DNA of 64,000 bases from a virus: the IMG/VR virus record IMGVR_UViG_3300027749_000042. One strand, given 5' to 3'. The position numbers and the translations under genes are program-made. Under the pieces are notes generated by a model that made no database searches, had not been told where the DNA came from, and was given only the letters and a program-made list of their open reading frames with translations. Of this stretch, positions 28,789-35,460 are shown one piece after another. The stretch's first letter is position 1. Each line of letters begins with the position of its first letter.

Positions 28789-29454
28789 ATGAACACGGAG
28801 AACATGGCCATGATTAAGCTTTCCAAAGCCTCTAAAATGCCCGCCAAATCCTGGTCGCTTCAGGCTCGCAAGACCTGCCCCGGTTCTATCGATCCGGTGA
28901 CAAAGGCCCCGGTTGAGGTGTGCGCTGGCTGCTATGCCACCGAAGGCTTCTACCAGATGCCTGACGCCATCGCATTGCGCGAACACAACCGCGAGGATTG
29001 GAAGCGCGGCGAGTGGGTTGATGATATGGTCAAGGAGTTGAAGCGCCAGAAATTTTTCCGTTGGTTCGACTCGGGTGACGTTTACCACCCGGCTCTGGCT
29101 TTCAAGATTTTTCTGGTCATGCAAAAGACTCCTCATGTCCAGCATTGGCTGCCCACGAAGTCTTACAAGGTCCCGCGCATCCGTGCGATCCTTGAGCGGA
29201 TGAAGGCCCTGCCGAACGCAGCGGTTCGCTATTCGTCGGACTTTATCAATGGCGCTTTTGAGCATGGTGAGCATGGCTCGACGGTTGTTCCGTTTGCCGA
29301 CTCCGAGACCGAAGCGTCCAAGGTGTGTGACGCATATGAGCGTGGTGGCAAATGTGGCGATTGCCGCGCTTGCTGGAGCAAGGATGTGGCTGTGGTTGCG
29401 TACCCCGCGCACGGGCGTCGTATGGGCAAGATTATGAAAAATCTTGCGGCCTAA
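28789..29454 (+). CDS. phage Gp88-like Fe-S protein
   Basis: TCPGS, CAGCYA, FRWFDSGD, HWLPT, CGDCRACW. Confidence 0.7.
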   Translation: MNTENMAMIKLSKASKMPAKSWSLQARKTCPGSIDPVTKAPVEVCAGCYATEGFYQMPDAIALREHNREDWKRGEWVDDMVKELKRQKFFRWFDSGDVYHPALAFKIFLVMQKTPHVQHWLPTKSYKVPRIRAILERMKALPNAAVRYSSDFINGAFEHGEHGSTVVPFADSETEASKVCDAYERGGKCGDCRACWSKDVAVVAYPAHGRRMGKIMKNLAA

Positions 29455-29457
29455 GGG

Positions 29458-29486
29458 TTGACAATCCTGCCAGCTCGTGGTATTAT
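29458..29486 (+). promoter_or_regulatory. early sigma70 promoter
   Basis: TTGACA-17-TATTAT. Confidence 0.75.
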
Positions 29487-29512
29487 GGTAATATGATGAT
29501 GAATGGAGAAAA

Positions 29513-29779
29513 GTGATGGCGCAAGTAGCAACCAAGTCAGTTTCGATCCGTAAGATCATGGCTCGCCCTACCTTTCTACAGGGTGCCCGTGACGCCGCAA
29601 ACGGTCTAGGCTTTTGTTCCGATTACGATGATTTTTCCACAGCGGAACAGTGGTCGTATGAGCGCGGCCGCCTGTTTTATTTTGCTACGGGACTCAAGGC
29701 GTTCCGTGCAGGAGCTGGCGTAAGGCGTGAAGCCATCGTTCTCTATAAGTTTGGCCGTGCCAGCTTGTCCATTCTCTGA
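29513..29779 (+). CDS. hypothetical early protein
   Basis: GGAG RBS; QWSYERGR. Confidence 0.65.
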   Translation: MMAQVATKSVSIRKIMARPTFLQGARDAANGLGFCSDYDDFSTAEQWSYERGRLFYFATGLKAFRAGAGVRREAIVLYKFGRASLSIL

Positions 29780-29787
29780 GGTGTCAA

Positions 29788-29997
29788 ATGAACCAGTTTT
29801 TGTCAAAGGATCCTGTGACGGCTATCACTGAAATCAAGGCTCGGTTGTATGACCGCCTAACCCGTAGCCGTCACCTGTTGCACCAATATGATTCCGCCAT
29901 GGCGGGATTGTCTCCGTCCGAGCTTGGGTATCGCGCTGGCATCCATGAGGAAATTATGTACCTAGAGCGTCTCCTAAACGATATCGAAAACAGCTAA
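29788..29997 (+). CDS. hypothetical protein
   Basis: GAGGT RBS. Confidence 0.65.
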   Translation: MNQFLSKDPVTAITEIKARLYDRLTRSRHLLHQYDSAMAGLSPSELGYRAGIHEEIMYLERLLNDIENS

Positions 29998-30005
29998 AAT
30001 AGACC

Positions 30006-30034
30006 TTGACAATCCCGTCCCGACCATATAAAAT
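30006..30034 (+). promoter_or_regulatory. early sigma70 promoter
   Basis: TTGACA-17-TAAAAT. Confidence 0.75.
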
Positions 30035-30053
30035 AAAAATAATGGAGAGTGTG

Positions 30054-30257
30054 ATGCAATTTTTAGCCAAACCTAATCTAAATAACTCCATAGGTCAAAA
30101 GGTGTTCGATACGTTGGCAGAAGCAGTCAAGTACCTAGAATACAAAACTGGGCACAAAATGGATTTTGTTGTCGATAGAAAGACGAAGGTAAAAACCTAT
30201 GACTGGGAAATCATCGGTAAGCTCAAGCGGATCGAAGCGCAACCCAATCGCGCTTGA
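30054..30257 (+). CDS. hypothetical protein
   Basis: GGAG RBS. Confidence 0.6.
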   Translation: MQFLAKPNLNNSIGQKVFDTLAEAVKYLEYKTGHKMDFVVDRKTKVKTYDWEIIGKLKRIEAQPNRA

Positions 30258-30399
30258 TTTGGCTACTACTAAATACCATGCTCGTGTCGTTGCATCTCGC
30301 AAAGGCTACAAGCGTAAAGGTCGCGTAGCTCAGCTGGATAGAGCAACGGATTTCTACTCCGTGGGCCGAGGGTTCGAATCCTTCCGCGACCGCCACTAA
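30199..30399 (+). CDS. ArfA-like basic peptide; codons 1-40 precede tRNA-Arg and the frame continues through the tRNA
   Basis: KRNPIALDLATTKYHARVVASRKGYKRKG resembles the ArfA core; GAAGGT upstream. Confidence 0.5.
   Translation: MTGKSSVSSSGSKRNPIALDLATTKYHARVVASRKGYKRKGRVAQLDRATDFYSVGRGFESFRDRH
30319..30395 (+). tRNA. tRNA-Arg(TCT)
   Basis: cloverleaf, CCA. Confidence 0.93.
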
Positions 30400-30415
30400 C
30401 AAAGAGGTTGACAAG

Positions 30416-30784
30416 GTGACAAAGATCGTTTATAATGGTTGCTTCGGTGGCTTTGGTTTGTCCGATGCCTGCATTCGTAGGTACCTCAAGATAAAGGGTG
30501 TCCCTTTTACTGAGGAAGATTCGGAATATCCTAGCTTTCGCAATGTCCGATTTCGTATCGGTACTAGCGTAATGAATGAGGGTGACTTTTTCAATGATTG
30601 GAATATTGAGCGGACAGATCCTGTTCTCGCTCAAGCCGTAGAAGAGCTTGGTAAAGCTGCGTCTGGTTATTGTGCTGACCTGTGCATCCGTGAGTTAGCA
30701 CCTGGTACGCGGTACATTCTGCGAGAGTATGACGGTTCCGAATGGATCGAAACCGAAGATGAAATGGAATGGAGTGTAGCATGA
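30416..30784 (+). CDS. conserved phage hypothetical protein
   Basis: N.CFGGFGLS, R.DP.L, EYDG.E. Confidence 0.75.
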   Translation: MTKIVYNGCFGGFGLSDACIRRYLKIKGVPFTEEDSEYPSFRNVRFRIGTSVMNEGDFFNDWNIERTDPVLAQAVEELGKAASGYCADLCIRELAPGTRYILREYDGSEWIETEDEMEWSVA

Positions 30785-31035
30785 TCCGCATTGCAGCCGT
30801 CTCAGCATTAGCCCTCGCGCTCGCGGGCTGCAATGCGACCGTGTATGGTCCTCGCCCTACCATGGATGTTTACGTTCCGCCTCCGCGGTATATCGCGCAG
30901 GAGCCAGTGTATATACCACAGCCTGTCGCTAGGCCGTATTATGCACCACTCCGACGCCCGCGGTGTGCTACTGTGTGGGATCGCACTCCTCATGGGTACG
31001 TAGAGCGTCAGGTTTGCGGGAACCATATCCCGTAA
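30781..31035 (+). CDS. proline-rich lipoprotein
   Basis: lipobox LAGC, GGAG RBS. Confidence 0.7.
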   Translation: MIRIAAVSALALALAGCNATVYGPRPTMDVYVPPPRYIAQEPVYIPQPVARPYYAPLRRPRCATVWDRTPHGYVERQVCGNHIP

Positions 31036-31042
31036 AGATTTC

Positions 31043-31119
31043 GGACTCTTAGCTCAGTTGGTTAGAGCAGCGGTCTTTTAAACCGTTGGTGCTGGGTTCG
31101 AGTCCCAGAGAGTCCACCA
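31043..31119 (+). tRNA. tRNA-Lys(TTT)
   Basis: cloverleaf, CCA. Confidence 0.93.
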
Positions 31120-31124
31120 TATAA

Positions 31125-31202
31125 CCTCCGTTGGTGTAGCGGTCCAACATACCCGCCTTTCAAGCGCGGAGATCATCGGTTCAAATCCGATACGGAGGAC
31201 CA
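31125..31202 (+). tRNA. tRNA-Glu(TTC)
   Basis: cloverleaf, CCA. Confidence 0.9.
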
Positions 31203-31213
31203 AAAAAGAGTGG

Positions 31214-31242
31214 TTGACAAAAGAGTGCCAACCTGCTACTAT
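31214..31242 (+). promoter_or_regulatory. sigma70 promoter driving the main tRNA array
   Basis: TTGACA-17-TACTAT. Confidence 0.75.
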
Positions 31243-31259
31243 ATAAGAATAGAGAATAC

Positions 31260-31270
31260 GCTGTTTGACA
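31260..31270 (+). promoter_or_regulatory. rrn boxA-like antitermination element
   Basis: GCTGTTTGACA vs boxA GCTCTTTAACA; no -10 follows its TTGACA. Confidence 0.5.
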
Positions 31271-31346
31271 TTGCTGGTAAAGAAAAAGAAACGCCGGGGA
31301 TTCCTGCTTTTAGAGTAGGGATTCTTACCCCATCGTGGGTGTAACG

Positions 31347-31449
31347 GTTGTTTCTTCTAAAAGAGCTATGCGATGCTGCCACATCGTTAGTGGCAGCTAC
31401 AAGATATCTCGTATGGGGTATGCAAGATAGCTCTTTTAGAAGAAACAAC
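31347..31449 (+). ncRNA. structured RNA A (perfect 23-bp closing stem, two internal hairpins)
   Basis: 31347-31369 pairs with 31427-31449. Confidence 0.65.
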
Positions 31450-31645
31450 TGATTAGGTATGGTGTTATGGAAAATCCCAGTGTTCCTGGGCAGCGCACAG
31501 TCCCTGGAGCCCTCTGTCCTGCAGGCACGGCATAAACTGAGTTGTAACTGAAAAGTGGGGTTGCTCCCACGCATAAGGTTACAGATTAAAGCGAACGGTA
31601 TGACAGTCTATCCATATCCATAACATAACACCATGCCTAATCAGT
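31448..31645 (+). ncRNA. structured RNA B (22-bp closing stem, multibranched interior)
   Basis: 31448-31469 pairs with 31624-31645 (one G-U). Confidence 0.65.
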
Positions 31646-31648
31646 TTT

Positions 31649-31725
31649 CGGAGATTGGCTCAGTCTGGTAGAGCATCGCGTTTGGGACGCGAGGGTCGCA
31701 GGTTCGAATCCTGCATCTCCGACCA
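31649..31725 (+). tRNA. tRNA-Pro(TGG)
   Basis: cloverleaf, CCA. Confidence 0.93.
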
Positions 31726-31730
31726 ATTTA

Positions 31731-31806
31731 GGACCATTAGCTCAGCTGGTAGAGCAGGAGACTCTTAATCTCTTTGTCGCAGGTTCGAGCCCTGCATGGT
31801 TCACCA
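31731..31806 (+). tRNA. tRNA-Lys(CTT)
   Basis: cloverleaf, CCA. Confidence 0.93.
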
Positions 31807-31811
31807 AATGA

Positions 31812-31886
31812 TGGGGCATAGCTCAGTGGTAGAGCAAACGCTTGATAAGCGTTAGGTCGCTGGTTCGGATCCAGCTGTCCCAACCA
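31812..31886 (+). tRNA. tRNA-Ile(GAT)
   Basis: cloverleaf, CCA. Confidence 0.92.
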
Positions 31887-31932
31887 AATGCATATATAAA
31901 CTATAATAGCATTCGTTGTTATTATAGTTTGA

Positions 31933-32008
31933 TTCTCGATAGCTCAGTTGGTAGAGCGTCTGACTGTTAATCAGAATGTCCCTGGTTCGAGCCCAGGTCG
32001 AGGAGCCA
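31933..32008 (+). tRNA. tRNA-Asn(GTT)
   Basis: cloverleaf, CCA. Confidence 0.93.
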
Positions 32009-32011
32009 ATT

Positions 32012-32122
32012 AGAAGAGGCGGTATCGGTGGAGCTTCATAGCTTGTTTCACGAACACCGAGAGAACATCCCATTGGTCGTGCGATGGTATTCAGTATCCC
32101 TATTAGTGGGAACGCCTCTTCT
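32012..32122 (+). ncRNA. structured RNA C
   Basis: 10-bp closing stem agaagaggcg/cgcctcttct. Confidence 0.5.
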
Positions 32123-32132
32123 TTTCATCCAC

Positions 32133-32207
32133 GGTCCGTTAGCTCAGCGGTAGAGCAACGCTTTTACACGGCGAAGGTCGGCGGTTCAATCCCGTCACGG
32201 ACTACCA
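32133..32207 (+). tRNA. tRNA-Val(TAC)
   Basis: cloverleaf, CCA. Confidence 0.92.
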
Positions 32208-32283
32208 GGGGGTATAGCTCAGTTGGGAGAGCGCCTGCTTTGCAAGCAGGATGTCGTCAGTTCGATTCTGGCTACCTCCACCA
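32208..32283 (+). tRNA. tRNA-Ala(TGC)
   Basis: cloverleaf, G3-U70, abuts tRNA-Val. Confidence 0.93.
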
Positions 32284-32286
32284 AGT

Positions 32287-32393
32287 TCAGGACTAACAGT
32301 AGAAGCAAATGGTTACCTACTGTGAATGACGAATTGATGCTGGGAGACCCGTTAAATCCTAACCATAGGTTGCATCTAGTAATCAAGTCCTGA
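32287..32393 (+). ncRNA. structured RNA D (three-way junction)
   Basis: tcaggact/agtcctga closing stem; acagtag/ctactgt and gatgc/gcatc arms. Confidence 0.5.
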
Positions 32394-32515
32394 TTCAGCG
32401 TGGTTGATGGACCGGAGTTGCGGAACCATCCGAGCAATCACAGGCTGCTCGTTAATCCGATGCTGTGTGTGTGGTTACTGGTGACACTCCTAAGCTGTAG
32501 GAACCTTATCTAATT

Positions 32516-32592
32516 GTCTCGTTAGCTCAACTGAATAGAGCATCGGTCTACGAAACCGAAGGTTGGGGGTTTGACTCCCTCACGGGACTCCA
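32516..32592 (+). tRNA. tRNA-Arg(ACG)
   Basis: cloverleaf with atypical D/T loops, CCA. Confidence 0.88.
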
Positions 32593-32655
32593 TATCGCGT
32601 ACGGGATGGTGTGGCTTGGCGAGGCCTGTGTACACAACACCATCCCTCTAGTTTT

Positions 32656-32731
32656 GCCCTTATAGCTCAGCTGGTAGAGCAACTGATTTGTAATCAGTAG
32701 GTCCGGAGTTCGAATCTTCGTGGGGGCACCA
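32656..32731 (+). tRNA. tRNA-Thr(TGT)
   Basis: cloverleaf, CCA. Confidence 0.93.
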
Positions 32732-32901
32732 TAATTCGAAGGGATGAGATCCTTTGCGTCACCACCTAACCTGAGTTCAAGCGGCCTTGGTGGATATAGG
32801 CTAGGGCTGCCTGAAGTGTCCCTGTTTCTTGAACCGTCTTGTCTCAGAACCTGTTGCGCGAAAAGGCAACCGCTGGATGGCAGTAACCAGTACCGAAATT
32901 T

Positions 32902-32976
32902 GATCCTGTAAGCATCTGGTGAGGCTGACCCTCTGTCTAAGGGTTGAGGAGGGTTCGATTCCCTTCAGGATCGCCA
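32902..32976 (+). tRNA. tRNA-Asp(GTC)
   Basis: cloverleaf, G73, CCA. Confidence 0.88.
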
Positions 32977-32982
32977 AAGTTT

Positions 32983-33059
32983 GCCCCTGTAGTCCAACTG
33001 GTAGAGGCACCGGATTTAGGTTCCGGGTGGTGGGAGTTCGAATCTCTCCAGGGGCACCA
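32983..33059 (+). tRNA. tRNA-Leu(TAG), short variable loop
   Basis: cloverleaf, CCA. Confidence 0.9.
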
Positions 33060-33074
33060 ATCTAAGGATATATT

Positions 33075-33533
33075 ATGCAAAAGATGATCGTGCTTGACAA
33101 TGTGTTTGATCCTGCTATAGTAGAGCAGTTGAAAGCGTTTGATTATGGTCCGCCAATGCCACAGCGTTGGTACGATTACGGCGTTAGCGCATTGCATGAA
33201 AAGATCCTTGAAATCGCGAAGGAACATTTTGATCTATCGCAGACAACTGGTTATGAAATGTGGGTCAATCAAAAAGCCGTTGGTTGGCATTTTGACCATG
33301 ATGAATACATATATAAGCGAACGCAGGAACTGATATTTCCTGCTGTGAGCATCGTGTACTATGCACACATTGAAAACATGCAAGGTGGCGATTTCACGTC
33401 CGAGAGTTTTCGATGCACACCTAAGACAAATAGATTGGTTATGTTCTCTTCGGACATTTACCATGCTGTGTATGATTACACAGGCACACGATTTGCAATT
33501 AGTATGAATCCGTGGAATAACAGGCCCGTATAG
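33075..33533 (+). CDS. 2OG-Fe(II) oxygenase-like protein; stop codon inside tRNA-Leu
   Basis: WHFD, GG, NRLVMF, H, R. Confidence 0.8.
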   Translation: MQKMIVLDNVFDPAIVEQLKAFDYGPPMPQRWYDYGVSALHEKILEIAKEHFDLSQTTGYEMWVNQKAVGWHFDHDEYIYKRTQELIFPAVSIVYYAHIENMQGGDFTSESFRCTPKTNRLVMFSSDIYHAVYDYTGTRFAISMNPWNNRPV

Positions 33534-33600
33534 TCCAATTGGAAGAGGCGTCGGTTTCAAACTCCGAATGTTGTAGGTTCGAGTCCTACTATGGGCACCA
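33524..33600 (+). tRNA. tRNA-Leu(CAA), short variable loop
   Basis: cloverleaf, CCA. Confidence 0.88.
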
Positions 33601-33615
33601 ATTTAAAGGTATATC

Positions 33616-34212
33616 ATGCAGAAATTCAATTTGTTTTCAACACCAGTAGCAATTTTTGATTTGCCGGATTTTGAAAGAATCAATAAAATTATTTTAGATG
33701 GCAATCTCAAAGGTGTTGCTGAGCAAAATGGTTCAGATACTTTTGAGTATTCACAAGACAGAAATATCTGGAGTCATAGATATAATGAAGGTATAAATAT
33801 TCTTCATGATTTCTTTTTGGAATCTGCTGCCAAATATGCAACTGAATTTTTTGAGATGGAATATAAACCAGATTTCTTTAGACATGCTAGAGGGTGGATT
33901 AATTTTTGTAAATATGGGCAAGAATATAGATTTCATAGTCATCGAATGACTACGATTGCAGCCACTTATTATGTGGATGTAGGAGATAAAGGTGGGATCA
34001 TTCGACTACTCGATCCTAGATCGACGTTAGGTTGGATTAGTCTTAATCCTGAACATTATAATGTGTTCAACTATAAGCCAAAAGCTGGACAGATGATTAT
34101 GTTTCCTGGGTGGCTAGTTCATCAAGTGTCGCACAATCAAACCGATAAAGATCGTGTGGCAGTGACAACAAATATGAATCTTATTCAGAAGCACTATGCT
34201 ACCTTAGTGTAA
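33616..34212 (+). CDS. putative 2OG-Fe(II) oxygenase (TIGR02466-like); stop codon inside tRNA-His
   Basis: W.N, HSH, YYV, DPR, FPGWL.H.V, R. Confidence 0.82.
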   Translation: MQKFNLFSTPVAIFDLPDFERINKIILDGNLKGVAEQNGSDTFEYSQDRNIWSHRYNEGINILHDFFLESAAKYATEFFEMEYKPDFFRHARGWINFCKYGQEYRFHSHRMTTIAATYYVDVGDKGGIIRLLDPRSTLGWISLNPEHYNVFNYKPKAGQMIMFPGWLVHQVSHNQTDKDRVAVTTNMNLIQKHYATLV

Positions 34213-34273
34213 TTGGTAAGCACCCGGTGTTGTGGACGCCGGAGTTCAAGTTCGAATCTTGGAGGTAGTGCCA
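34198..34273 (+). tRNA. tRNA-His(GTG), no encoded G-1
   Basis: cloverleaf, CCA. Confidence 0.88.
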
Positions 34274-34282
34274 ATATAAATA

Positions 34283-34357
34283 GATCCTAGAGCATGACTG
34301 GCTATGCGGGTGTCTCTAAAACATCGAATACGGGTTCAAGTCCCGTTAGGATCACCA
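34283..34357 (+). tRNA. amber suppressor tRNA (CTA)
   Basis: gatccta/taggatc acceptor; gcat/atgc D-stem; ggtgt-ct CTA aa-acatc; acggg-ttcaagt-cccgt; ACCA. Confidence 0.88.
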
Positions 34358-34377
34358 ACTGATAATGGAGTAATAAC

Positions 34378-34416
34378 ATGAAGGTATTTTTTCTGTAGGT
34401 TTTTCGTCCCCCATGA
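34378..34416 (+). CDS. minigene MKVFFL-(amber)-VFRPP-stop
   Basis: GGAG 7 nt before ATG; in-frame TAG at 34396, TGA at 34414. Confidence 0.5.
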
Positions 34417-34425
34417 ATTTTCTTA

Positions 34426-34454
34426 TTGACTTTGAATAATCACTATCGTATAAT
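34426..34454 (+). promoter_or_regulatory. sigma70 promoter
   Basis: TTGACT-17-TATAAT. Confidence 0.75.
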
Positions 34455-34478
34455 GTTAACATCAATAAGGAAACCAAC

Positions 34479-34895
34479 ATGTCTATCAAGTTAAAGATCA
34501 AGTCTAAACATCTCGCATTGGAAGCTGGCGTCATTCGGTTCGAGGAACAGAAACTCAAGCGCCAGATTGAATGGCTCAAGACACACCAAAAGGACGAGAC
34601 TAAAGTTCGTTTTATGTGGAAGTCATTGAATAGCCATCGTCGTTTTGATGTTCGCAATGAAGCTCGTGCTACTCTTCTCGCTCGCGCATACATAGAAGGG
34701 CGAATTTACAAAACGGTAGAACATTGTCGTAAAGATAATGGTACGTTCAAGACGTATATTTTGCCTCGTATTGTTTCAATGGTCATCAAATATGAGCATG
34801 GAAAAATTGAAAAGTTTATGAAGCCAGACGATGTAAAAGCCGTGCGCGACGAGGTCGTAGCGTGGCTTGAAGGTCAAGTCTGGGTTCAAGTATAA
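34479..34895 (+). CDS. basic conserved phage hypothetical protein
   Basis: AAGGA RBS; LKIK.K.LA.EA..IR.EE...VR.EAR...LARAY. Confidence 0.7.
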   Translation: MSIKLKIKSKHLALEAGVIRFEEQKLKRQIEWLKTHQKDETKVRFMWKSLNSHRRFDVRNEARATLLARAYIEGRIYKTVEHCRKDNGTFKTYILPRIVSMVIKYEHGKIEKFMKPDDVKAVRDEVVAWLEGQVWVQV

Positions 34896-34902
34896 AAGAA
34901 TT

Positions 34903-34996
34903 GGGTGAGTTGATGCTATGGCGTGTGCATCTCCGGACTGTAAATCCGGTCCCTATGTGGTAAACAATGTAGGTTCGACTCCTACCTCACCCACCA
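34903..34996 (+). tRNA. tRNA-Tyr(GTA)
   Basis: long variable arm, extended D-stem, CCA. Confidence 0.88.
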
Positions 34997-35000
34997 CTAC

Positions 35001-35081
35001 CATCGGATCGTGTGCCCACCGTGCGGCAGCCGATGTAAAACAAACCCGTGGCGCTTATGGAGCCAATTAACGGTGGGAACA
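35001..35081 (+). ncRNA. pseudoknotted RNA element
   Basis: catcgg/ccgatg stem; loop cccaccgt pairs with acggtggg (35070-35077). Confidence 0.5.
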
Positions 35082-35085
35082 GTTT

Positions 35086-35161
35086 GCCGATGTAGCTCAG
35101 TTGGTAGAGCGCACCCTTCATACGGGTATTGTCACTGGTTCAAGTCCAGTTTTCGGCACCA
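35086..35161 (+). tRNA. tRNA-Met(CAT), elongator
   Basis: cloverleaf, CCA. Confidence 0.88.
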
Positions 35162-35166
35162 ATTGA

Positions 35167-35241
35167 AGCAGAGTGGAGCAGTAGTAGCTCGTTTGGTTCA
35201 TACCCAAAAGGTCGGCGGTGCAATTCCGTCCTCTGCATCCA
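35167..35241 (+). tRNA. tRNA-fMet-like (CAT)
   Basis: 1:72 mismatch, TGGAGCAG D-arm; atypical T-loop. Confidence 0.8.
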
Positions 35242-35353
35242 ATATAGTCTCGCAGCGTTTGGATTACCTAGGGCTTGAAATCCAAGGTTCACGGTCACAA
35301 AGCGAGTGTGGTGGTACTGCATGGTAAGGTTCGCTCTTACCAACTATATACAT

Positions 35354-35429
35354 GCCGTCTAAGCTAATCTAGTGAAAGCGCCTGCCTGAAGAGCTGGAGA
35401 GCTTGGAGCGTAACCAAGAGACGGCACCA
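35354..35429 (+). tRNA. tRNA-Phe(GAA), atypical D/T loops
   Basis: all four stems pair; T-loop AGCGTAA; CCA. Confidence 0.82.
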
Positions 35430-35430
35430 T

Positions 35431-35438
35431 TATAAATA
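35431..35438 (+). promoter_or_regulatory. T4-type late promoter
   Basis: TATAAATA upstream of HNH gene. Confidence 0.65.
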
Positions 35439-35460
35439 CATCCGTAACAACGGAGGTATA

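Noticed and set aside
28115-29559. Long minus-strand ORFs (166 and 261 aa) and similar ones at 49492, 50476, 54402, 56464 and 59940
   Set aside because: Antisense shadows of well-supported + strand genes with biased codon usage
31239-33227. Short ORFs across the tRNA/ncRNA array
   Set aside because: Shadows of tRNAs and stems with no RBS or protein-like composition
33524-33600. Opal (TCA) suppressor or Sec reading of the anticodon loop
   Set aside because: Stem register places CAA at positions 34-36, and the D-arm matches the other Leu tRNAs
34283-34357. Pyrrolysine tRNA
   Set aside because: It has a 5-bp anticodon stem, two nt between the acceptor and D stems and a TTC T-loop, unlike tRNA-Pyl; no pyl genes in the window
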